Positions 30,325 to 39,733 of a DNA stretch of 39,733 nt are shown one piece after another; within the stretch, counting starts at the first letter, position 1, and every line of letters begins with the position of its first letter. The DNA lies in assembly GCA_001275005.1 (NCBI GenBank), contig JWZX01003151.1:1-39733 (forward strand), written 5' to 3'. The position numbers were made by a program, and so were the translations under genes. Under the pieces are notes generated by a model that had not been told where the DNA came from, made no database searches, and saw nothing but the letters and a program-made list of their open reading frames with translations. The stretch is from Chrysochromulina tobinii (taxonomy: Eukaryota).

Positions 30325-32749
30325 ATGGCCACTGACGGGAGAGACCTCCCGCGCCTCAAACCGCAACAGCGTTCGTCTCGTTCGTCCGAGAGCTCCCGAG
30401 CACCGACGCGCGCTCTGCGGAAGCAGTTCCCGCTCCTCGACTCGAATCTCGCGGAAGAGCAGGCCGTCAAATCTGCTGTGGCGCCCGCGATGCCGTTGGT
30501 ATCGGCTCCCTCAACGGGCTCTCCATCAGTATCGATGCCCACTTCGGCGCCCATGCCCCTGAAGGTTTCCATGCTCGGCCGCGAACTCTCCCCCGGAGAA
30601 CGGAAGCGCGTCGTGTGCATTGATGGAGTTGAGTTCCTGTTACGACCAGGGCCAAAAGATGGTGAGGATGGCGGCGGTGACAGTGGCTCAAAGGCAGCGA
30701 TGCAGTCACTTTGGGAGGCGCTCGTCCTCTGTGTCACAGGCGACTGGAGTCCTTGTGACAACCTTGACCCACAGTCATCATTATCAGAGCTGCAGCCATG
30801 GGTGCCGCCAATGCCATGCAGTGCGCCCACAGATTTGTTACTTCGTCTCGAGACGGCTGAAGATTGGGAGTCTCTCTGCTCCATGGAGATTTTGGGTAAC
30901 TTGCCTGGCCCTACGCAGACAGCTTTGCCGCCACTGCTCGGCGTCTCGTTGGCGTGCCTGCGAAGGTTCATGTCCGCCAATGATTTGCCGCCAGAGACGA
31001 CCGTGGAGAAGGTGGCCGGAATGATCAAAACGCTCACAACTTCGACACGCACGTCGGTTGCTCACTGTCTCGCGGCGGCTGGTGCGCACGACCTAGTTGG
31101 TCCTCTCTCGATCTTCGTGTGCCACCCGCGCAGCGGCCTTTTTGCAGACTTGGTCAGCGCCATCGCCTCCCATTTGGAGAGCTTCGAAGATGCCTCGGGC
31201 CAGTTCTTCTTCATCGATTTGTTTTGCGAGGCATCTGCGCACGCCGCAAAAGGCGGAAGCGCTGAACGATGGGCAGTCTGCACCCGCCATGCCATAGAAG
31301 CGTGCAAGTCGGCTTGCCTCGTGCTAACGCCATGGACGGCGCCTTTGGCCCTCCGCGATCTTTGGTGCCTATTTGAGCTCGGTCTGTGTAGGCAAGCTGG
31401 GGCACGCTTGAGCATCGCGCTGCCAGCCAAGGACCAGGTGGCAGTGCACAATTGCGATTGGAGTGTGAGAACGTTCGATGCTGTGCTGACAAATCTCGCA
31501 AGCGTGAAGTCGCGCGATGCGAAGTGCGCACCCGCAGATCGTGTACTTCACTCTCTAATCCAATCGGGGCCGCTACCACATACAGACCTCGACCATGAGG
31601 TATCGTTGCTCGCCCAAGAGTGGTTCGTCAAGGAGTGCCACAAAGTGCTCTGCCGGATGCCTCGTGAAATGCGTGCCATGGAGCCGCTGCTCGACAAGAC
31701 CGCCAAGCTCCTAAAAGATCTAAAGCAGCTGAATGCGGCCCTGCCGCTGCTCATCGAGAGCGTGCAGGAGAAGCGCAGGCTTCTAGGATGCGATCATGGA
31801 GATACGCTGACTGCGATGAGCAACTTGGGACTGTTATTCCGGGAACACAATGACAAGGAACACAATAGCAAGGCGGAGGCGCTCCTGACGGAAGTGTTGG
31901 ACAGGAGGCGAAAGACGCTTGGCGCGTGCGCAAGCACGCTCGTCGCTCTCCAACATCTCGCCTCATTGTATGAAAGCACAGGTCGTTTCGAAGAGGCAGC
32001 TGCGCTACATCGGGAGGCGCTCGGGATGAGCCGAGGGCTTGACAAGACGGGCACGAAGTCGCAGCGCACGTTCGCTTGCCTGATCGCGACGGGCCAATGT
32101 TTATGGGAACTAGGCCGTCTCGGCGAGGCTGAGACGTTGCTCAGCGAGGCGTTACTTTTCTCGAAAGCAAAAAGTGGCGAAGAGCACGTTATGACCCTGA
32201 ACCTGATGAGTCGAGTACGCGCTTGATCCAACGCCCTCCACCCTCAATCCCACCCTCCTCCCCGCCTGCGCAGTTTGAGCGCTGCTCACGCCGCTCACGC
32301 GCGTGCCCTGCTCTTGCTCGCAACAGCTTGGAGGGGTCCTCCAGGAGGCCGGCAAGCTCGAAGACGCTTTGCTGCACTTTGAGTCGGCAGTATCACTCAA
32401 CTTCAAGGTGTTCGGCGGCGTCCACAAGCGCACTCTGATGTCCATGAACGATTTGGCTTCCCTTTTCTACGAGATGGGCAGGTTAGAGAAGGCCCTGCCT
32501 CTATACGTGACAGTGGTCGCAGCCAATCGCGAGCTACTCGGCGTCCGCCATGGCGATTACTTGGCCGTTTTGTTCAATCTCGCGCAGCTGCTCATGGATC
32601 AAGGTGAGTTGCTCAAGGCCGAGCACCTGTTTGCCGAGGCTTGCCAGACAGCGGAAGAGGTGCTGGGCCCGGATCACCCGAGCACGCTCATGTACAAGGC
32701 GAGCTTCAAGGAGGTGAAGAAGCTCCAGCTGAAGAAAGGTAAGATCTAA
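30325..32749 (+). CDS. Protein with a TIR/HET-like central domain and kinesin-light-chain-type TPR repeats; exons 30325-32214 and 32327-32749
   Basis: 42-aa TPRs (LLGCDHGDTLTAMSNLGLL, VFGGVHKRTLMSMNDLASL, VLGPDHPSTL). A 112-nt GT-AG intron joins the ORFs in frame. Confidence 0.82.
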
Positions 32750-33297
32750 GAGGGAGCGACGAACGTCGAGACGTTACATGTACTCGCGCCGGGGCGCGCA
32801 ATCAAACTCGAGGAGCAGGCGGCAGCCCTCCAAGTCCAACTGATGCACAGACGCACGCGCGACCCTAGTTCGCGACTTTCACAGCATTTTTCAGAAGTTC
32901 GGGTGCCGGCGCGCGGGGCGCGTACGACGAAAAAACGATTCGAGTATAACGCGGACGCCCTAATCCGGCTCGGATCCGCTCGAATACGACCGCCCGTCCG
33001 TTGGGTTAACGCGGTGACTGCGCGGCCGGGATCTGCGCGCGCGAATTACACAAGTCACACGACCGGCGAATCGACAAGAATCGACTAATGTCCACACGTG
33101 TACAATGCGGACAGCTAACTGGATTCTGACATAATATGTACGTAGGGTATCTATGTATATGGTCTGGTTGTGATAGTAGGCTCTTCCAGCCTGCTCGCGG
33201 AGTTCTCGGAGCCCCTTCTCGCAAAATATTCCAACGAAAGGAAAGGTGCGAAAAACTCTTGTGCAAAACGCTTGTGCCCAATGGAGCAGCACGCGTT

Positions 33298-33769
33298 TCA
33301 GTTCCCTTTGCTCACCTGTCGAGTGCAGTTTGATTGGGTGGTGGGCATGGATATCGTTGCCGAAGTGGCCATTCAAGTGTGTGAAAGCTGTGCGTACCTT
33401 AGGAAGATCGTAGTGCTCTGTGAGGTTTCCAAGGTAATCGTTGAAGTCCTTGACACGATCTCGATGGGACTTGATCTCGCCCTTCTCAATCTTCTCAATC
33501 GTTCGCTGGGCTTTCACCTGTATGTGCCGCATCTCGGCGGCAGTGTGTCCCGTCGATCGACTCACGGCGGCGATGGCAGACGAGCTCGACGCCCCTGAAG
33601 ATCTCGACGCTGCTGAGGCAGCAGCAGTTACAGCCGCAGCTGCGGCGGCAGCAGTGGCGACGAGTTCTGCTGCTTCTGACGATTCCTTCAATCTCTTCTT
33701 CTTCTTCTTTTCGATTCCGCCTTTGAGGTTCAGCTTGCCGCCGACAATCGAGCTGTACGCGTCCGCCAT
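33298..33769 (-). CDS. FAM32A: FAM32A-like (DUF1754) small nuclear/spliceosome-associated protein; exons 33769-33398 and 33315-33298
   Basis: MADAYSSIVGGKLNLKGGIEKKKKK...T.AE...KSHRDRVKDFNDYLGNLTEHYDLPK|VSKGN*; 82-nt GT-AG intron. Confidence 0.88.
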
Positions 33770-34032
33770 GACGGCACTCGCCCTGTGCTCGCGAAGAAGC
33801 TCTAGCTCTGAAAATTGCCGGTATGAATACTTCACGATTCTGCTACTGGAGCGGCAAGTCAAGACAAGTCAAGACTTTAGCGCTTTTCGACACGGCGTAC
33901 TAGACACGGCGTGCTCCATGCTGCTCCAACACACCGGCGACCCTCTTATTAGCAGACTGCGTGGTGCTAAACCCCCAGCACGTATTTATGCACGCCCCCC
34001 AACACACCATACCGCTTGTTTTCAAGTTTTTT

Positions 34033-36057
34033 CTAGTCGACCTGTGAGGGAGGGGGGACCAGTGAGGGAGGGGGGTCAGTCAGAGGCGCTCTGGATAATC
34101 AAGGTGACAGGCGAAAGAGCCAATCGTGACACCTTGATCGCGCCGTAAATCACCCAGACGAAGAGGTGATAGGCGTAAAAGCCAATCGTGCCCGTGATCA
34201 AGAAGAACAGCATGGCGAACACGAACATGTATGTAAAGTAGATGAGCGTCGGCACGAAGCCGATGATATCCAGCTGCGTAAAGAAGTACATGATGGAATA
34301 GGCGAAGAGGTAGAGGCCCGATGAGCCCGCAGTGAGAAAGGAGCGCCACCACCAGTGGTAGTCCTCGTTGCACAACTGGAAGTAGCAGAGGACGATCGAG
34401 ATCTCTGCGCACGTGATCACGAGAATGAGCAACACGAGCGCGAGGAAGCCGAAGACGTAGTAGAAGCGCTGCAGCCAGACGGAGGTCATGATGAAGAAGA
34501 GCTCGATGAAGATGGCGCCAAAGGGCAGGATGCCGCCCATGAGGACGTTGAATGTGCCGCTCATGTACCACGCCTGCGACGGGATCTGCCGCGGGATCTC
34601 ATTGGTGCGCACCGGGTTGTCCTTGAGCTTCGCCTTGAAACCGAAGAAGGCGCCGAGGAAGACGAGCGGCACCGAGATGCCGAACCACATGAGCAGCAGA
34701 ATGAACATCGTGGTGAACGGGATGGCGCCTGAAGACCCCTGGCTCCAGATGAAAAAGTTGAGCACGAAGAAGATGCCCGCCATGATGCCCGGAAAGAGCG
34801 TGGCCGTGAGCACGGTGGTCGTCTTCCATTCGGTGCCCTTGAGACTCTTGTACGTGTTGGCCGCGTAGTAGCCAGCGGGCACGCCCATGAGCACGAAGAG
34901 CAGCAACACCGCCGTGAGCAATCCGCCGCGGTTTGCGGGCGAGAGGAAGCCGAGCATGGCGCAGAAGATGGCGATGGTCGACATCACTAGGAGCTGCATG
35001 CCCATCCCGAGTGACGAGCAGAGCAGAATGGCGTTCGGCGGCGGGCGAAAGACGTCCGCATGCACGAGCTTCCAGCCACTCTCCTCCTGCAGGTCCTCCT
35101 TATCCTGCTCGTTGTAGCGGTTAAAGTCGCGGCGCAGTGTGCGCATCATAATCATCGCCACGATGCCGGTGAGCAGCAGCACTATGGCAAGCGAGTTGAT
35201 GATCGAAAACCAATGGATCTGGTCATCGCCCATGTAGAGGTAGAGGTCCCATCGCGAAGCCCACCGGATGTCCGAAAACTCCCACTTGGTGTCGTACGTG
35301 TAGATGAGCTCCATGTCCGAGGCGCTCGGGGTCGCGTCCGCCTTGACCACGCCAACGGGCTGCGGCGGCAAGTCAGGTCCGACTGGCACCGTGAGCAGAT
35401 TGAGCTTCGACATGTCCGTTGTGAAGCTTCCCTTGTACTGGTGTTTGACCGAGAGCGGTTCCACCTCGAAACCAACGATGCGCGAGCCCGAGAAGGAATC
35501 CTCCTTGTGAAACTTGACGACGAAGCGCAGGTGGTTATACATGTACGGCGTGCCCGGCGTCGTTCCCGGCCGCTCTGCTGAGCCGACGAAACCGAGCGGG
35601 TAGCCGCGGTCGTACATCGTAATCGTGTTGCCGTTGGGCATCTCGCGGATCATCTTGGTTGCCGCCGGCAGGTTGTCCATGATCAGGTGTACGCGGTAGT
35701 CCTCCTTGATGCGCTTAGCAAGCAGCGCCGCCCGAAGCCTTCGTCAGCTCAATGCGGCAGAGCACCTTGAAGTCGGAGCGGTCCCATCCGCACCTCGTAC
35801 GCCGAGTTTTGGATGACCGAGCCGTGCAGTACCTCGCCCAGGTTCTCGACGCTGTTGTGCACCGTGTCTGGCTTGCAGAAGGGCAGTGTGTAGTAGTCAT
35901 AAGGCAGCTGGGTCTTCGTTGAGCTGAGCTTGTTGACCTTGATTTCCACCTTTTCGTCCTGCGCGTATTCGTACGGTGCGACGCCGGGCAGGTAGAAGGC
36001 GGATGTACGTCCGACGAGCAGCAACGGCAGGCCAGCGATAATAGAGTGCGACCGCAT
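34033..36057 (-). CDS. TM9SF: Transmembrane 9 superfamily (EMP70/nonaspanin, TM9SF2/4-like); two apparent 1-nt insertions (~35784, ~35732) and a 3' intron 34132-34042
   Basis: Signal peptide, FYLPGVAP, KTQLPYDYYTLPFCKP, ENLGEVL, DNLP, WASRWDLYL, IHWFSIINS, EESGWKLVHADVFRPP, nine TMs; spliced end IYGAIK|VD*. Confidence 0.92.
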
Positions 36058-36288
36058 CTTCGTGAAGGGCGCGCGTCGGAGCGATAGTCGTGAACAGGCT
36101 GTTAATACCGGTACTCTGACGCCTATCCCTTTTTGGTAAGCACTCGGCACTGCCACTGGCCTCTTTCCCTCTTTCGTCTTTGTCTGTGAAGACTGCAGTT
36201 ACACAGCTTGCTCTGAAGTTTATAGTCGTGCCCCGTATGCCACAGAAGTCACCGCATCACCACACAAAACCAAACCAAACCGTTTCTC

Positions 36289-37445
36289 TCAACGCCTGTC
36301 ATGGCGCTGCAAGGAGATCGCCTCCTTCGTGGCGCTCAACCTGCCGAGTGCCGCAAGGAGAGGCCGGTTCGGCCCCACGGCAGGCTGTCGTTTCGACGCA
36401 CGTGCCACTTCTCCTTCATGTAATCTAAGTTCCATTTCTAGCCGAGTGAGGTTAAAACTTGAGGGGGCCACGGGATTGCGTGGCCATGCGGGCTCAGATG
36501 GCAGTTTGCCATCATAGGCGGCCCACGCAGGCCCGTAGCGGCGGCCGTGAACGTCGAGACAATTGCGCACGCGGTGTTCAATGTCGCCGATCGGGTCGAC
36601 GCCGTGCGTGATGCGCCTGATGAAGGAATCATGAGCGTGGGCAAAGTTGGTGAGCTTGTGCAGAATGCGCTCGGTCGGCATGAAGTAACCAAAGTGCCAG
36701 CCAAGCCAGTCGGCTGAGGCGTCGCAGTCTCTGCCCTTGGCCAGCTTGCGCAGCTGCAGATGCGGACTCATATGCTTCTGCAGCCATTCTGAGCGTGCGC
36801 GAAAGAGTACGCTGCGCGCCCATGGCGGGTATGTCGCAGGGCACCGCTCGCCGTACACAAAGTTGCGCAGCTTGGGCGACACGCAACCAGTGAGAGTTAA
36901 ATTGCGCACAACATCTACGTCCAGCAGCTCGTCGAGGTCGCTCATGTGTACGAAGACGTCGTTCAAGCCGTGCTCGTTCATCGTACGCTGGATCATTGGC
37001 TCGAGCATAGCCATGATAAACCGCCTCTGCTCTACCTCGAGTAGCCACGTGCATCTATTGTTTGTGGTATTTCGGCAACCCGTCATTGTCTGCCGCAGCG
37101 CCGCTGAGAATGGCACATTGATCAGTTCGATGTGGTACCTTCGAATCTCATCGTCTGTGAGCGCATCGCGCACGTAGAGTGGTTTTGGGTATCCTGCATG
37201 CGAGAGATTGCTCTCGAGGATGATCGTCTTTATTGCCAACGGAGCATGCAGGCGGAGACGATAGCGTAGCATCGCGACTTCATCGTGTGCTGTCATCATA
37301 TCCTGCGAAACGCGGCGAGCGCGGCGTTAGACACTCATCAGCGATGCGCGCGCGGTACGCGCTGGCTCAAGCGTGCTACGGGACGTACGATCAACGGCAG
37401 TCCGAGTCCAGCCATGATGACCGCCGCCGCCGCGCCAGAGAGCAT
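36289..37445 (-). CDS. Glycosyltransferase family 17 (MGAT3-like); exons 37445-37389 and 37302-36289
   Basis: ILESNLSHAGYPKPL, E.EQR, MSDLDEL, GWHFGYF, KLTNFAH. An 86-nt GT-AG intron with a CTAAC branch point adds a hydrophobic leader in frame (MLSGAAAAVIMAGLGLPLI|DMMTAHDE). Confidence 0.78.
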
Positions 37446-38160
37446 TTTCGCCGACGCGTCGTCCCGTTCAGAGGTTTCTTCCGATCGCGCGTCGCGCAGG
37501 TACTACTATTATTGTATGGCCAATTTTTCTCTAATTTGGGTGCGAAGAGCAAGCAAGGGAGGTGTCGAAAGGAGGTGTGTCCTCCCCAGCGCTGTGCCCT
37601 GTTGACTGTGTATAACTTAACCACATGACCAAAAATAACTCCACTCGCGGTACAAATGTAAGCATGTAACTTCCGTCCCGGGTACAACGGCGGACGGGCG
37701 TTTGTATCGAATAACCGCGAATACCCCCCCGCCGCGCCAGGGGTACCACTTCCGGTATAGGACCTTAGAACGTAGGAGACGTGCTCTGCCGGCGGTAATA
37801 TTGTCTATTGTCGTTCCTTAGTCGTTCCTCGTCCGTCGTGCGTCGTTCGCAGTACGGCCGCGGACGCGGGGTGTGGCTTGGGTGTGGCGTGTCGGCGTAT
37901 GCGCAACGCGAGATGATTCCAGGAGATGAACTCAGATGAACCGACGTCGAGCGGTCTCGGGCCGAGCGGCCGACTAGCGACTTGTTTGGGCTCGGCCTCG
38001 GGTACGAAGTGTTTTAAATTAAGTGTTATACTGAGTGTTATACATACCTCGGTCTGCCGAACTCCGCGTTCGTCCGGAACGTCATGGCGTATAGAAGACT
38101 ACACGCCCATCGTCGTGCCGCAACATGGCGTGAAGCATCAGTCCACAGCGACAGAGGCTT

Positions 38161-39216
38161 CTACTGAGGGCAGTAGAAGGTAACGTCATACCGCGTGCCA
38201 GCGGGGCACTGAGCGAGACCCGTGCCGTCATCGTAGGCATACGCGTACACCCCAGGGCACAGGAGGTGGACGGCCGCTACGAATTGCGTTCTGATGATCG
38301 GTCCGCTCGAGCACTGGGCAGGCGAGATGGGTGGCGTTGGGCAGCAGAAGTCGCGCGCTTCCTTCGAGTCGGGCGTGAAGCCCAAGCCCTGGCCCCAGTG
38401 CGAGTAGGTTAGCTTGGCGCAGGGCGAGTAGCAGCCGATTGTTTCGCCGCTGCCCACCGGGTCGCGCAGACGCAGCGTCATGTTGGCGATCCCGAGGTCC
38501 TCAGCACCAGGGCACGAAGAGAGAGCGAGGCGCGAGCAGTCAATCGTCTTGGGCGCCATTGGGCAGTCGCCGACCACCTCGACCTTGTACGGCAGCGTCC
38601 AGCCATCCACATGGCTGATGTCCCACCAGTCGGTCGACCCGAGCCGCTCGGCCGGCGCTGACGGGTTGTGCGCGCACTCAGCGGTGCCTGGCATGCAGCC
38701 AAACGTCGCCTCAAACTTGCTGTCGACAGGAGGCGCGCAGCCTGCCGCAGGGCAGCTTTCACCGGGCCCGCCGCTCTGGCCGATCTTGCAGTTTGCGCCG
38801 GTCACGTCGCATCCCCACTTGGGCCAAAAGCGCGTCGATGCGAGGCCCACGTCAGGGATGGCAAACTCATGCGTTGCACCCGACTTGAGCTTGAGGTCCT
38901 GCGGGAAGTAGGGCGTCTGGAAGGCAAAGTGGGCGAGCCACAGGTCGTCCTCGGCGCAGCCATTTGTGATTCTTTGCCGGCCGCGTGCACCCTTGACCGC
39001 CGAGGGCTCGGCTTTCCAGCCGCTCTCCTCCTGGGCAATCACGGGCGGTGCGGGTGGCGCCGGCCCAGGCTGCAGTGAGATGAAGCCGAGAACTGATATG
39101 CCCACTACGACGAAGAAAACACCCACGCCGGGTAGCCACGAGCGTTCGGCGGGAGCTGCAGCCGCAGTCGCTGATGTGTCGCCCGCATTGCCCTCTAGAC
39201 GCTGGTAATCGACCAT
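38161..39216 (-). CDS. Thaumatin-like (PR-5) protein with N-terminal membrane anchor
   Basis: ITNGC..DLW, TRFWPKWGC, PPVDSKFEATF, WDISHVDGWTLP, GCYSPC, CPGVYAYAYDD, YDVTFYCP; Cys-rich. Confidence 0.88.
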   Translation of the reverse strand: MVDYQRLEGNAGDTSATAAAAPAERSWLPGVGVFFVVVGISVLGFISLQPGPAPPAPPVIAQEESGWKAEPSAVKGARGRQRITNGCAEDDLWLAHFAFQTPYFPQDLKLKSGATHEFAIPDVGLASTRFWPKWGCDVTGANCKIGQSGGPGESCPAAGCAPPVDSKFEATFGCMPGTAECAHNPSAPAERLGSTDWWDISHVDGWTLPYKVEVVGDCPMAPKTIDCSRLALSSCPGAEDLGIANMTLRLRDPVGSGETIGCYSPCAKLTYSHWGQGLGFTPDSKEARDFCCPTPPISPAQCSSGPIIRTQFVAAVHLLCPGVYAYAYDDGTGLAQCPAGTRYDVTFYCPQ

Positions 39217-39521
39217 TGCAAAGCTAGAGCGAGACGACTATGTATTTTGAGCTGTGAATCGATTGCGTGTCCTTCATCCCGCTTGGATTCCACGCGATTT
39301 CGTGGCGTACAGACACGACGCGCTGCTAAAAATTTTGTCGTATTCAGCGAGGACACAAAGCAAAACCCACTAGTCCGCGATACTCACAACAGTGCGGCAC
39401 AGTACACGGGCCCCCGAATGGGCCCATCAGATCCAAGTACAGTGGGGGGCGTCGCGGAGCAGCGTGGCAACGTTCAGCGCGCAGCGTGCCGCGTCCAGGC
39501 AGGGCAGTTAGTATGGTGCCA

Positions 39522-39549
39522 TCTCTCTCTCTCTCTCTCCATCTCTCTC
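39522..39549. repeat. (CT)n microsatellite
   Basis: tctctctctctctctctcc atctctctc. Confidence 0.7.
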
Positions 39550-39649
39550 CGAGACGCGCTTCGAGCAAGCCGCCGCTTCCTCCCGTAGCCGCCAGGCATC
39601 GAGAGGGCTCAACAAGGCAGTCTCAGGCGCGCGCGTACCCGACATCGGC

Positions 39650-39733
39650 TCAGCTCAACTGGAGCTCGTCAAACAGGCGGCGCGCGCGCTGCTTGGCATC
39701 GTACATGCACAGGGTCTCGAGCAGGTCGCGGCA
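39650..39733 (-). CDS. C-terminal fragment of a gene entering from the right edge
   Basis: Minus frame CRDLLETLCMYDAKQRARRLFDELQLS* with GC-rich third positions. Confidence 0.45.
   Translation of the reverse strand, partial: CRDLLETLCMYDAKQRARRLFDELQLS

Noticed and set aside
462..39078. The many long antisense or alternate-frame ORFs (e.g. 595-1461, 1504-2532, 8446-9483, 13594-14442, 26941-28713)
   Set aside because: They are shadows of real genes in high-GC DNA with few stops, have R/A/S-rich composition and show no motifs.
1..39733. rRNA, tRNA (including tRNA-Sec), transposase or telomeric repeats
   Set aside because: None recognised by eye; a tRNAscan-SE/Secmarker run would be needed to exclude tRNAs.

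Overview
GC-rich, gene-dense, intron-poor eukaryotic nuclear DNA with short GT-AG introns. Bipartite plastid-targeting leaders (PAM68-like, PDZ protein) together with flagellar IFT80 suggest a flagellated alga with a secondary plastid, most plausibly a haptophyte (inference). About 20 protein genes are supported: a coiled-coil protein, complex I subunit NDUFS7/PSST, a plastid PDZ protein, PAM68, IFT80, a TRM13-like methyltransferase, a two-pore K+ channel, an MFSD5/MOT2-like transporter, an O-fucosyltransferase-like protein, PP2C, a MerA/DLD-like flavoprotein, an adenylate-kinase-like protein, CCDC148, a TIR/HET-like-TPR protein, FAM32A, TM9SF, a GT17 glycosyltransferase and a thaumatin-like protein. 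The standout is NDUFS7/PSST. It has an in-frame TGA (1960-1962) exactly at the first Cys of the tandem CC pair that ligates Fe-S cluster N2, and its 3' UTR contains a well-formed type II SECIS-like hairpin (2408-2482). This makes it a candidate selenocysteine-containing core subunit of respiratory complex I. All family calls rest on motif recognition by eye; no searches were run.
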